A stretch of 64,000 bases of DNA from Adineta vaga (lineage: Eukaryota; Animalia; Rotifera), in assembly GCA_021613535.1 (NCBI GenBank), contig CP075492.1, positions 18,228,001 to 18,292,000 on the forward strand, in the 5' to 3' direction. The notes beneath the pieces were generated by a model. The model searched no databases, had not been told where the DNA came from, and saw only the letters and a program-made list of their open reading frames with translations. Made by a program: the position numbers and the translations under genes. This document shows positions 49,901 through 62,035 of the stretch, piece after piece; the stretch's first letter is position 1; every line of letters begins with the position of its first letter.

Positions 49901-51855
49901 ATTACTCATTTTATATCTTTGAGGAGAAATATCTCTTTATTACACGTTAAAAGATTCCGTAGAATCAAATAATACAAAACTGTATAGCTTTGAGTGTCTC
50001 AAATGGTTTTATAAAAAAAAAAGCTTTCGATATATGCCGAGTTCAAGAGTTGATTAACATCATTTTTGAGAATTTTTTCATTAGATACCATATGACGTTA
50101 GTAACGATCTGTGAAGCTAGAACGAAAGAAGCACATACAATAGAAGTGACGAAATACTAGTTAATCAAAGTAGAAAAGACATTTGGTACAAATATATGAA
50201 ACTTGTTCTATTTTCAACTTCTTTATGCCTTTTATATGTTTACAATTTAGATTGACGTATAAGAACTTCGTTGGACAATACCTGTTTTGTATAAATAGGA
50301 CTGACAAATTCAGCCTTCGAAGAATTTTTTCTATGTCGTTCTCATGTATGTGTACTTCTTTCTAATTATTCTACTGCTTAATACCGCATATATTATTACC
50401 CCGTACGCAACTTAATCGTTTTTTGCTTTGCTTTCGGCATTATTTATTCATTTACTGTTGTACTGTCATAACTAATATTCTTCAATACTATATAATAATA
50501 AAGAACCAAAATAAAAAAGAATGTGAATGTTGTAACGATAATGAATTATCTATTGCTCTTCTCTGTCTTTCCCCCTTCGTAAGGGTGTGGAGTGTGAGGG
50601 TGGGATGTGGATCAAAATTAAATATTCATATTGTTAAGGTCCGTATAAGTTGATAATTAATAGTTTATTTGTAAATGTAAACAAGACAACTTCACATAAA
50701 ATCGAGAGCTGTTTATATAGTATGCTAACACACACCTAGTTGGAATATACTAAGTAGATCTTATATGATCTTGTAAAATTCCTAAGATGTTATTACAAAG
50801 AAAGAAACCTAGATGAAGTTCTTTGGAAAATCCCTATTAGGATCGAGAATGAGTGATATCTATAGTAATCATATGTATATGAGAAAAGAAAGAGAACGAA
50901 CATATGGAAAAGACCTATACTATGAGTCATCTTATGGTACGTTGTATTACGTGCCATAACACATATCCACATCTTTATTCACACTCTCAAGATAGAAAAT
51001 ATATGTTCACTTAAGTAATGGTAAAACATATAATAATAATAACATTATACCAATAGAAGACACTGCAGTTTAAGTCGTCGACATCGTTAGCATGTAACAA
51101 AATGGAATAAAATTGACCTGAATCTAGATGACAAATATCTGTAAACAATGAAATCTATTACTTTCTTTTTTTTCATTTAAAATAGAATATCTTATTTATT
51201 TATTATTTATTAAATGCATTTACTCACTTCGAGATAGACCGTCACTTAACAGTAATAAAATTACTCAAAACAATCCAGAATACTGGATTTTTTTGCCAGA
51301 TCATTCGTTTCGTCAAAGATAATAAAAGTATACCGATAAAAAAAATGAGAAAAAAACGAAAGAATGAAGTTTGTTTTTAGTGATAATTCAAACTGGTAAA
51401 TGTAAAAAAAGAGTATCTTCATTTTAAGTTTGTTAACAAATAATAAATAATGAAATATCAACAGTTCATGAACGTATACCATATTAGAATTAATATGATT
51501 TTTCATATTGTCTACATTATGATTAGAAATAACAGCAAAGTTAGGGAATATATGAATGTACTCTTCAACCATACCCGCTGTCTTTCCGATTTTATTGATT
51601 CAATACAATACAAACGTCTGTGATTTAAAATCATATGATCGTGCTAACTAGATTCTTACACTGCCGAGACATTTGTTATTTAACATGGGAAAGATTTATT
51701 AAGAAAAATAATCCTAAAAAATAGATCAATTAAATAACGTTCGTTGATCGGGAAGTAAACATCTGCCATAGTTTTGTTCCAGCTGGAATTTTTTGAAGTG
51801 TGCATGATTACCATGTCATCATACACTTGCTTTTACAATTTGAAAGCCTTTGAGA

Positions 51856-53343
51856 TTATGTATATATTCGAACGAATGCTTTGATTTCTTTCCTACAAAA
51901 AGGACATGTTTTCATTGAATGACCACATGGAACACAAGCAATCAAGTGACCACATGGGATACAAGCTAATTGTTTTTCTTCTGAAAGACAAATAGCACAC
52001 GGATTCAATGATTCTTCATTGTTTCTTGATAAATCTACTGCTTCATTAGGAAGTGCTATTGGCAGTATTGTTTCAAGAGTACGTGGTTGAGCTGCTGATG
52101 TTGTTGTTATTGTTGATAGTGAGAGTATCGTTCCAGACGCATGAGAATTTGTACTTGTACTTCGATTTTGTCGAATTGGTGTCATTTCAGCATCTTGAGG
52201 ATTTAGAATAACTTCATTGTTAGAAGTAATATGATTTAGTTTCTGACGAATTGTACAAGCAATAACAAGATCAAGTTCTGAATGAAAATCTGTCTCTACA
52301 AAAAAAGCAAATTTAAATATAAAAGACTAGAGTTCTTGACGTTTACCTTTAATTCGTAGTTGATCTTCCCAACATTGTGTAGCAATTTCTCGATTGAAAT
52401 TCGTATTCATTAATCTTTGAGATATTGGTGAATCTAATCGAGCAGCAACAAGTCGATTTATAGTATTCGCATCAAATATATTTAAAAGACGATTAATAGT
52501 TAAATCAGTTGTATCTGATCTACTGCCCAAATTGCCATGTTGACACATATTATCTATTCGATGTTGTTCTTGTTGAATTCTTCGATAAAGATCATCGCCA
52601 CATAATTGACGAGCATAAGCACAACGAGGAAACTGTCGTACATGTTCAATTGCAGGATTTCTATTCGATTCGCAATTTTGTAATGATCCATTACAATAAA
52701 AACAGGTAACAATAGTTCTTGTGCCAGCATAGAAAAAGCCAGCTCGAACAAGATCATCAACAGATGGTAAATTTGTAGAAGAGCACGTCCAAAACGATTC
52801 CCTCCGTTTTGTTACTTCAGCGTATTCAGGATGACTGTATGATTTAGGCACTACTCCTTCATATTCAGTAGCAGCATGCACAGTATTTTGCGCGCGAACA
52901 GCTACATTTACTGTTGAACTTAAATTGGCATTTATCACAGGTATTGGTGTTGAAGGTGGTGGCGGCGAAGGTGGTGGCGATGGTGTTGCCTCAAGGCCCA
53001 TTAATTTTGTTTGAACATATCTACACTCAGGTGATATTCTTCTATGAATTTCAAATGGATCATCAATATGTGGTCTCCAATGTTGATGGGTGAAATTACA
53101 TTCGACACAAATAGCACGATCACCATCATTACAGCCATAAAAGCCAGCTTCTACTAATTGATTAATAAATTCAGAAGATCGATGTGGCCAATGAGAAAAT
53201 GTTCGTCGTTGTAATTCTTTCCGAGTTTCATGTTGCAGTACGATTGGAATGTCGGATATTTCATCAGTTGTCTCAACGGAAACCTCAATATCAAACATTT
53301 CACTATCTGCCTCCACTGAAATTTGAACATCATCATCATCCAT
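51856..53343 (-). CDS. Inhibitor of apoptosis (2 BIR + C-terminal RING)
   Basis: Two BIRs (RRTF..WP..AGFY..D.AIC..C...H..C; AGFFY..VTCFYC...H..C), RING CAIC...CIPCGH..C..C..CPFCR; intron ~52297-52346. Confidence 0.93.
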
Positions 53344-55533
53344 ATGTTCGAATTGGTTATCAGATATGGCTGGAACAATAAATATCCGATTTTTTCACTG
53401 CAAATTAAGTGTAATTTATATCTAAAAAAGTTCCATTGTGAACTCACCATAAAAGAAGATCGAAAAATAAATTTCGAATAATTGAAAAAAATGCGATGCA
53501 AATGTATTCTTAGAACTGAAAGGTCATTTATATTACCTTTTACAATTTTTTATTTATCATTCTAAAACATTTTTCGATAAGAATTTATATTCAACAATGG
53601 AATATTTCTTTTACTTTTTCAACGGCTATTTTGTAAACACAACCTCGCATTTCAACTAAAATAAAAACAAATATATTTCTTCTTCAAATTACACATTCGT
53701 TCCTTTATTTAAGTATGAAAGCATAGAATTGTAAATATAACTGTTGTAGGCATGCGTCATCAAAGATTATTTTCTTTATTACCGTACGCATAGCAGATTC
53801 TATTCGTTTCAAAATTATCCAATCTGTTTTCAATTTCTATCGAAAAAAACATTACATAGTAACGATGATTCATTACAAAACCAAGGTTTTGTGTTTGAAA
53901 GAACAGAAGACAAAATATATATTTAAATCAACTCATTTCCGACTATACTTCAAAAAGTAAAATTCTTTCAAGTGCATTCAAACCACATTTATGAGTCTGC
54001 TTTTCAATAGATCATTATAATCATGTTCTACATTTAAAAGAATTTTAAAAAAAGTATCTCTACATTCTATGGAAAATATTAACTTTTGACTTAAATTAAA
54101 ATAAGTAACATTCCTTTATAAAAGAAAAATAAACTGTAGAACGAGTAACATAACGGAGGATACATTTACGTCTTGCATACAACAAGTAAAAACAATGGTA
54201 GAATAAAATATTAATGAAATAGACTTTCGTTCTTTACTTTGATTATAAAACTGAAGAATTGTAAAACTATTGAAAATAAACTCAATAAAATAAGATTTCC
54301 TTTTGTATTAGTAGTATATAATAACATGCACACTTATCAAGTCAGTTATCTACAATAATCAACCTAATAAAATAAGTGTATGTTTTTTGTCGTTTTTGTG
54401 AAAACAAAATTACAAACTGCTAGCGTTCTCTACTGAATAACATCCACTGATAGCGATGAATCATTGTGATAATGCAGCAGTAATTTTTGCGTTTAAAATG
54501 AAGATAAAATAGATGAAATCTAAATTGTATCATGTTCGACTATTTATATATATTATGATAATAAGATTCTCTCAATTCTATTTATATCACTTACACTATG
54601 AATCTAGTTAATCGATAACGTATCAAAACATAGAAATTTCATGATGTATGTGAAATTAAATTATTCAAAAATAATTTATTAGACCATCATCATCTCGACG
54701 ATTAATATTTCATTACAATCATGTTATACATCTACGTTCTATAAAAAAAAAACAACGTATGATTCACTATAAAAAAAACATCGATAAAAAGCCAGCTATG
54801 GCGTGCACCCTTACAATCGTAAATCAGGCAGCCTCTCCAACAACGTGTGAAAGTTACCTATTGAAGAAAAACTTTCCAATCAAAATCATCGATGACAATC
54901 TTACTATATACAAAATGCAATTTTTTTAAAGTTATAAATACACAAAAATTTATTATGATGAAAAAAAGAAATCTAGTAAATTCTGATAATTTTCAATTTA
55001 AATTAATGTTATTGTTTTTTCCTATAAATATGGTTCTCTGATGCATTTGCAATTGACTAAAATATATGTTTTTTTGTCGATAGATTAACGTTGGATTTCG
55101 TAATATGGGGAACAGCTCTAAATACCATCCATGTCGTGCATTTTGACTAATTCAATGTAAATGTTCACGAAGTAAAAGATTAGTAAAACAGGATGTTGAT
55201 GTGCATATTGAATATGAATAAAAGCACAATAAGAATAAAAAACTGCATTAAATGTTTCAAATTTTCGATCCATTGAATATAAGGAAGAAATGAAGCAAAG
55301 AAATGCATCAAGACAAAAGTAATGGAGAAATAATAGATTCAATAGATTGCATCATTCGATAAGTAATAATGACATTAATTATCGTTCGAAGAATCATAGT
55401 GCTAGTTTTAATTAAAAAATATGCTCATAGAATATTAGTGTGATGAATATGGCAATGAGAAACGAATATGTTGAATCTTTCAATTGTTTTTTTAATCCAC
55501 AGGATTATCTGTTATTGATGAATTCGTCAAACA

Positions 55534-55641
55534 GGTGATGAGGGTGGGTGTGAGCGAGGGGTAAAAGTGAGAGCGAGCTGCGAATATGGGTAGTACTTTC
55601 CTCTGGCACACACACACAGTCGCCTACACCTACACCCTTCG
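55534..55641. repeat. Telomere-like inverted cassette truncating an ORF
   Basis: tgagggtgggtgtgagcgaggg ... cctacacctacacccttcgat. Confidence 0.8.
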
Positions 55642-56770
55642 ATATTTTTTTATCTTTATGAAAACAATCGCTATCGACAACAGCAAGGCATCTTTTTATG
55701 ACATCGATTTCTTCTCTGTTATAACAACAACCTCCGCTAAACAATCGAATGACGGCTATAGTATTATTAACTTCTTCTTTGGTTAATTCTACTGTATTTA
55801 TCGGAACCATGGTGGGTCCATTCACATCATCGATATGTGTTAGTCTTACTTCAGGATCCTCTTTCTTACGAAATAACTCACTAAGATGTTGACTCTCAAA
55901 CAACGAAATTATAACAAAACACGCTTCTCCATTTTTTTTATGAATTAATATCATATTAACTGGTTTTAAATAATCGTTTTGATATTGTCTGTTTTTCTCA
56001 TCTATACCTTCGATTGTTTTGATAAAATTATCTGTCACAAAGACTTTATTGTTCCATTTCAAAGTTTTCAGACCATCAATATCAGTAAATTCAAAAGATT
56101 TATTTGACTTTTTTAGTTTTGGGTAACTTTTCTCCTGTCTTAAACCTTTCTCTATAAAATGTTTTTCGAATACCACATCAAAGTTCCAACAAATTTCTGT
56201 GGCCGACTCCATTTCTTTCACAACACTAACCTCAACATGTTTTATTTCTTCAATTTCTCCTTCGTTTTCTTGATCACAGTCCAAGTCAGCATTCGTAGTC
56301 AATACATTGTTAGGAAGTGCGTCATCTACTCTATCAAGTATTCTTTTCATTTTTGGTCTATGGACATCATTCAGATTTATATCAATTTCTTTAATAAAAT
56401 CTGGAAATTTCTTTTTCTTACCCAATTCACCTTTTAGTTTTCGATAAAAATCAGTTAAATAAACACCCATATCTCGATTTAAAAGATCTCTTGGGTTTCG
56501 TTCTTGAAGCATATTTCCATATAACTGTTCTATACTATCCACATTTTCACTAACATACGCTGTGATCAGAGAATCCATAGGACAATCTTTAAGTTTCTTT
56601 TGATATTCAAATGCTCTACTTTTGATTACATATTTTAATTTTTCTTTCGTAACAAGATGTAAATCATTGTCATTCTTTCGAATTGTATTATAAGTTATCC
56701 ATGTCAAAACATGTTTACTTGTTATACTCTTAATATCCGCTAGTTCAATTCCATTTACCATTGCAATTTC
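55641..56770 (-). pseudogene. Fragment of a large protein (DUF3638/DUF3645-family-like C-terminal region)
   Basis: 1.1 kb open frame with Glu-rich DQENEGEIEE, FVIISLFESQHL and IRLFSGGCCY..EE motifs; no natural start or stop; 3' end runs into a telomere-like cassette. Confidence 0.5.
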
Positions 56771-57216
56771 TGCTGAAATTGAAGAAACTATAAAAGCCGT
56801 TGAGAAAGTTGGACGATTCGCTCAAACAGATAGTGAGTATATTTTGCTAATAATATTACAAAAACATAAAAATATGGATTGTTTTGTAGCCTACAATCAA
56901 TATTCAACTAAAGAATCGTTTGATCACAATAGCCTAACACAAACGACGCCCTTCGTGTCTTCAACACCTAGTCTCATCAAACTTAATACAAAATGGCAAG
57001 AACAACTGAAAACTGAGAGAGAACGAGTTAGACGAAATTTAATTACCGGCAATGACCATAAAGTAGATGATGCATCAGATGATGAGAGCATAGATGATAC
57101 AGTTGTAACTCTCATAAATTCAAACAAAAAACATGATACAAGCATATCTATTAATTATAATTCTATATTACCAGTTGCCTCAATAATTAACATCACCTGT
57201 TGCACTCAAAAAGGCA
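56770..57216 (+). mobile_element. Helitron-like Rep/helicase fragment (region just upstream of the PIF1 domain)
   Basis: EETIKAVEKVGRF-intron(~56833-56889)-...KWQEQLKTERERVRRNLITG...ILPVAS..TQK resembles, from memory, rotifer Helitron ORFs; ends at GGGTGAGGGTGTGGG. Confidence 0.45.
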
Positions 57217-57970
57217 TGGGTGAGGGTGTGGGTCTCCGAACAATATAAGACGCTCACATGTATGCCGTTGCTATGGCTGATGATGAATATCAAATTATAA
57301 TCATATTGAAACGCTTAATTTTGATTATTCTATTCTTCTGTTTTATAGTTCAATGTTTGAGAGCCTGAGTATTCATACGAAACCTCTTCGCCCCTTTCGT
57401 CAATAGAACATGTTTAATGCAAGCAATGAGTGTTAGTAGATAAAATAAAATATGCATTGTTAGAGGTAAAGCATGTGAATACAACTTGGATGGACCAGAT
57501 GCTTATATTTATAAATCTTATCTCGATCATATAAATCACCTTGGAATAACATGCTATGCTAATAATTTTTTGTTCTGTACGCCATTTCTTTATTTTATTT
57601 TCATTAGAACAGCACAGTAAAAAGTACCCATACCTTATATCCATTGAATTGAATAGTAGTAGTGATATAGTATCAGCAATATAAAAAGAATTTTTTTCTC
57701 GATAAAATTCAAATATGGAGATTCCCATAATCAGTCAGCACTTTGTGAGTAATGTCATGGTTTCTATATAATCAATAGTAAACAAGCCATCGCTTCTAAG
57801 ACGAGATTTTCTTATTTTTCATTTCAAATCTCTAGACAGAGGTGCTTTTATTTCAAGAGAACTTCTATACATTCCATTATCCAGCCTGTATTGAAATGAG
57901 ATACATTTTCTCTTCTTTAGACATATGTTTTGCTTGCGACAGAAGAATTGAGAAGTATCTGTGAAAATAA

Positions 57971-60134
57971 TATGATGGCAACTAGTATGTGCCAATTTGT
58001 ATTACTATTATTGATGATACTGGCAATTCATGATGGTTTCGTTAGTTCATCGCACAACAACCGACCGGTGTCCACTCAATTATATGTTGTTCCATTTTCA
58101 AGTTTTCTGGGCAATGACGCTGATGGCTCACTCACACATCCATACTTATCGATTCAACAAGCACTTGATCATGTTGAACGTAGCTGTCACCATGACAACA
58201 CTGCAATGCGTAGGACAAAAATCAACTTGTATCCAACTTACCACTTCGCTGGTACTCTCAGATTTAATCAAGCACATAGTCACATACGATTAACAACGAT
58301 GAATGTTGAAGATACTGTCTTTTACGAAGAGTTGGCCGCCAGGGAACACACTTATCAACGATTACCAGCTGCAAGTATAAGTGGTGGAATACCAATAACC
58401 GGTTGGACATTAGCGGGCAACAACACATACAAAGCTGTCGTAGCCCAACCAGTATTTGTCAATCAGCTATTCGTTGAAAATCGCCGCATTGTTCGTACCC
58501 GTATTCCAGTAAATCAATCTGAATATCTTCAATATGCAGCACCATTGCAAGATCCAAATCAGGCACGATATGGTTTTCAATATGCTATCGGACAATTCGA
58601 CTCGTGGTCTTTGGATGATGCCATGGTAGTTGTCTATCATAGTTGGACCACATCGCATCATTACATCGATCAAACTATACCGTCGAATAGAACCGTTTTA
58701 TTTACCAATCCATCTGATCTTCCTATTGGAACATACCCCATTCAGGGACAACGACGATTTCATGTTGAAAATCTTTGTATATCATTAGTACCAAACTCAT
58801 TTTGTTTTGAGAATGCAACAAAAACCGTTTATCTGATGACTGATGGATCCTATGATCCAATGAAAGTACAAGTTATCACTCCAGTGAATGAATTTATTGT
58901 ATTAGTTGCTGGAACTGATGTCACCAAGCCAGTCGAGGATATTGTTATCGATAATGTTGCAATACAACATAGTGCATGGAATATTGGTCGAACCCAACAA
59001 GCTGACTATCAAGCAGCCTCATTTCTTACTTCTGCTCCACTTTATATTGCCAATGCAACATCAATCATCATTTCAGACGTTGAAGTCAGTCATACTGGAT
59101 CATATGGAGTTTGGATTAGAGAAGGAACAACCGATATCAATATTATTAATTCGTTAATCACTGACACTGGTGCTGGAGGTATTCGCATTGGACAAATGAC
59201 AGCACCAATCTTAACACCGACTGCTTCAATACGTATAATATCGAATGAAGTCAGTTACGGTGGAAATGTATTTCCAAGTGGAGTTGGAGTGATAAGTCAT
59301 CGTGCAGTTGATGTTGTCATTGCTGATAATAGTATCCACCATCAACGATACACAGGAATATCGATAGGGTGGCAATGGGGATATGATACATCATATACAA
59401 GCAATGTATTAGTTCAAGGCAATTATATCTACAATACTGGACAACATATTCTTTGTGATCAAGGTGGCATTTATACGTTAGGTATTCAGCCAGGAACGGT
59501 TATTAGTAATAATGTGATTAAAAACGTTTTTAGTTATGCTGCCTATATGTGGGGCATTTATCTGGATGAAGGCTCGTCGAAAATTCTGGTCTCAAATAAT
59601 ATTGTATATAATATTGGCTGGGGTGGTTTGTTTCAACATTATGGTGCTAATAATACCATCATTAATAATGTATTTGCGCGTGCATCAGTAATTCAACCAC
59701 CACAACCTGGTGACCCCATTCCAGACGGTGATCTTCGTATAATGAATACAGAAAATCATCTTTCATGGACATTTACACGTAATATTGTCTACGATACATT
59801 TCAAGGGAATAACCATTCTGCATTCAAATCCGACGCTGCAGACGTCTCTGTATCATTTAGTAATAATGTTTATTATAATCCATATGACACTCCGTTATTA
59901 TTCGGAATACAACAAACATCATTTGCAGAGTGGCAAAAAACTGGACAAGACAACGGCAGTGTAATAGCAGATCCATTATTTGTTGGTGACATCAATCAAT
60001 GCGATTTTTTTACAGTTCAATCCAATAGTCCTGCAGCTAAACTTGGATTTGCAAATATAACTAAACTTTCAAAGTGGACTCCTGGTTGTAGTACGGATGA
60101 TGTGAGTGACAACAATCAATGTTATCGCTGGTAA
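57971..60134 (+). CDS. Secreted right-handed beta-helix protein, GH141-like glycoside hydrolase, bacterial type
   Basis: Signal peptide, G.D.ADGS...PY.SIQQA, ISGG, QLFVEN, YTGISIGWQWGY, DQGGIYTLG, GIYLDEGSS, SVIADPLF; 2.1 kb without introns. Confidence 0.82.
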
Positions 60135-60172
60135 CAGAAATGCTGTTTAGTTTTCCATTCTCATTAAGAGAC

Positions 60173-61443
60173 TGTACACTCTAAAAAAAATAGGAGTTTT
60201 ACCGAACCTGTATCCAGGGGAAGATCCTTTGAGGTTTCGTATCGACTTCCCCAACTAAAAAAAGATCGATGAAGACTCAACCGAATGTTTTTTGCTTCAG
60301 TAAATCGCTACGAAACCTCAAAGGATCTTCCCCTGGATACAGGTTCGGTAAAACTCCTATTTTTTTTAGAGTGTAGAGAATATATTGCATCATTCTCTAA
60401 CCAAAAGGTTATTAAGAACATTTCACTAAATGTTCCTGTTTTTTTCTCTCTCTCGTTCTTCTCATATACATATATATATATATGTATGTTCTATCCTGTT
60501 GTTCTTCTTCTTCTTCTTGCTCGTCTTGTTTGTCTTCTAACTTCTCCTACATCATCATCATCATCCTATTCTGATCCTGTTGTTTCTGTTGTTTCTGTTT
60601 TCTATCGTTCTGTTTACAATAAACAAGAACTCACGTTACACGTTATCCACAACATTTACATTGGCGACGAGGTGATTCTTATTTTTTTTCTCATTCATTT
60701 TACTAATTGGTGTTGATTCAATTATTAAACATTTGATGCCGGAAACACTTGGAACATCAATTCAATCAACAATTCCAGCTTTACATGGATTTGATCCGCG
60801 CACAACAACGTGGGAACGGTACAGAGACCGGGTGTGCTTTTATTTCAAAGCCAACCACATGGAGGAAGACGATGATGATATTAGTTGGAATGAAATTATC
60901 AAGACATTAGATTCACATTATGATGTAAAGAAGAACATTATGACGTCGACCTACGATTTCTATTCTTGCAATCAGAAAGTGGGTCAGTCATTCGCAGAGT
61001 GGAAAGAAGAGCTCTGCGACAAATTACGTCATTGTGGTTTCACATCTTCTACACTTAAAGATAAACCACAGGATCGCGCCTTGGGCGATGCTTACGTCAT
61101 TGGCATTCGCAGTCAAAAAATTAGACAAGCTTTACTCAAGGAACAGGACCCTACTCTTGAAGCAACTGAACGTATTATTCAATTAGCTGAAAGATTAGAA
61201 GCAGATGTTCGACATTTTGGTGAACCTGTTGTTGCTGGTGAAAATGTTGTGTCTAAGGTTTACAAACAACCTTGCAAACGACAAACAACACCATCTACTA
61301 CTACTACTGCTGCTGCACCAAAAGCTGGTCTTAAATCGTGTGAATCATGTGGTTCAACGAAACACATTCGTACAAAATGCAAATATCGTGAATTTATTTG
61401 CAATTATTGCAAAAAACCTGGTCATCTAGAACGTGTCTGTCGA
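60173..61443 (+). mobile_element. Truncated Ty3/Gypsy (Mag-like) LTR retrotransposon: 5' LTR, PBS and gag
   Basis: LTR TGTA...TACA (60173-60660, MITE inserted at its TA), AATAAA at 60618, PBS TGGCGACGAGG at 60662, gag from 60736 with two CCHC knuckles (CESCGSTKHIRTKC, CNYCKKPGHLERVC); no pol or 3' LTR. Confidence 0.85.
60177..60373. mobile_element. Young MITE with ~65-bp perfect TIRs (CACTCTA8...) and TA TSD
   Basis: 60177-60241 is the exact reverse complement of 60309-60373; TA on both sides. Confidence 0.93.
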
Positions 61444-61521
61444 GGGTGTGGGTGTGGATGTCAGTATATCTTCTTCACCGACACCCACACCCTCACCCAC
61501 ACCCACCCACACCCACCCCAC
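61442..61521. repeat. Telomere-like inverted cassette truncating gag
   Basis: gagggtgtgggtgtggatgt-cagtatatcttcttcaccg-acacccacaccctcacccacacccacccacacccacccc. Confidence 0.93.
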
Positions 61522-62035
61522 GTATTTGTTCAACTAACTATAGTAATATGAATTATACGACCTGTATCACTAATGTACAGGCAATATCTTCTCGACCAGC
61601 AAACTTACCAATTTTTGTACCAGAGTTAAGTAACACTATTTCATGTTATATGAGAATAATGGAGATTGGTCTCCATCGATGTTGATATAGGAGGATTATG
61701 AAGTCAAGTTTTATCAATTTCTTTTAATGAATGCTTCAAGAAGTATAGGTCAATTCAACGAGAATGCAACTAGTGTTGTAGTACAATTACAATATTCTTA
61801 TGAAACAGGCCCCTTATCTTTATATGATGTGACTGTTTCTTACTGCACTATAAACAATTGCAATTTCAATCTAGCTACTTGTGTTGCAAGAATTAATAAT
61901 AGTCCTTCTTCATCATCATGTTCAACTCAAGTATCAACTATTGACTATTCGATTGCCATTTCATTTAGTACATTAACAACTGCAACTTCTACAACAATAC
62001 TGAATCGGTTTAAAAGGAGCGTCTCGCACTTGTGA
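61522..62035 (+). pseudogene. 5'-less fragment of a Cys-rich (Ly6/three-finger-like) surface protein gene
   Basis: SYCTINNCN motif followed by Ser/Thr-rich tail; coding-like sequence begins right after the cassette. Confidence 0.35.

Noticed and set aside
61444-61551. GCGCGC...HTHPHPPH tail of gag and GVGVG...HTHPH tail of the 55505 ORF as metal-binding motifs
   Set aside because: Simply translations of the telomere-like cassettes
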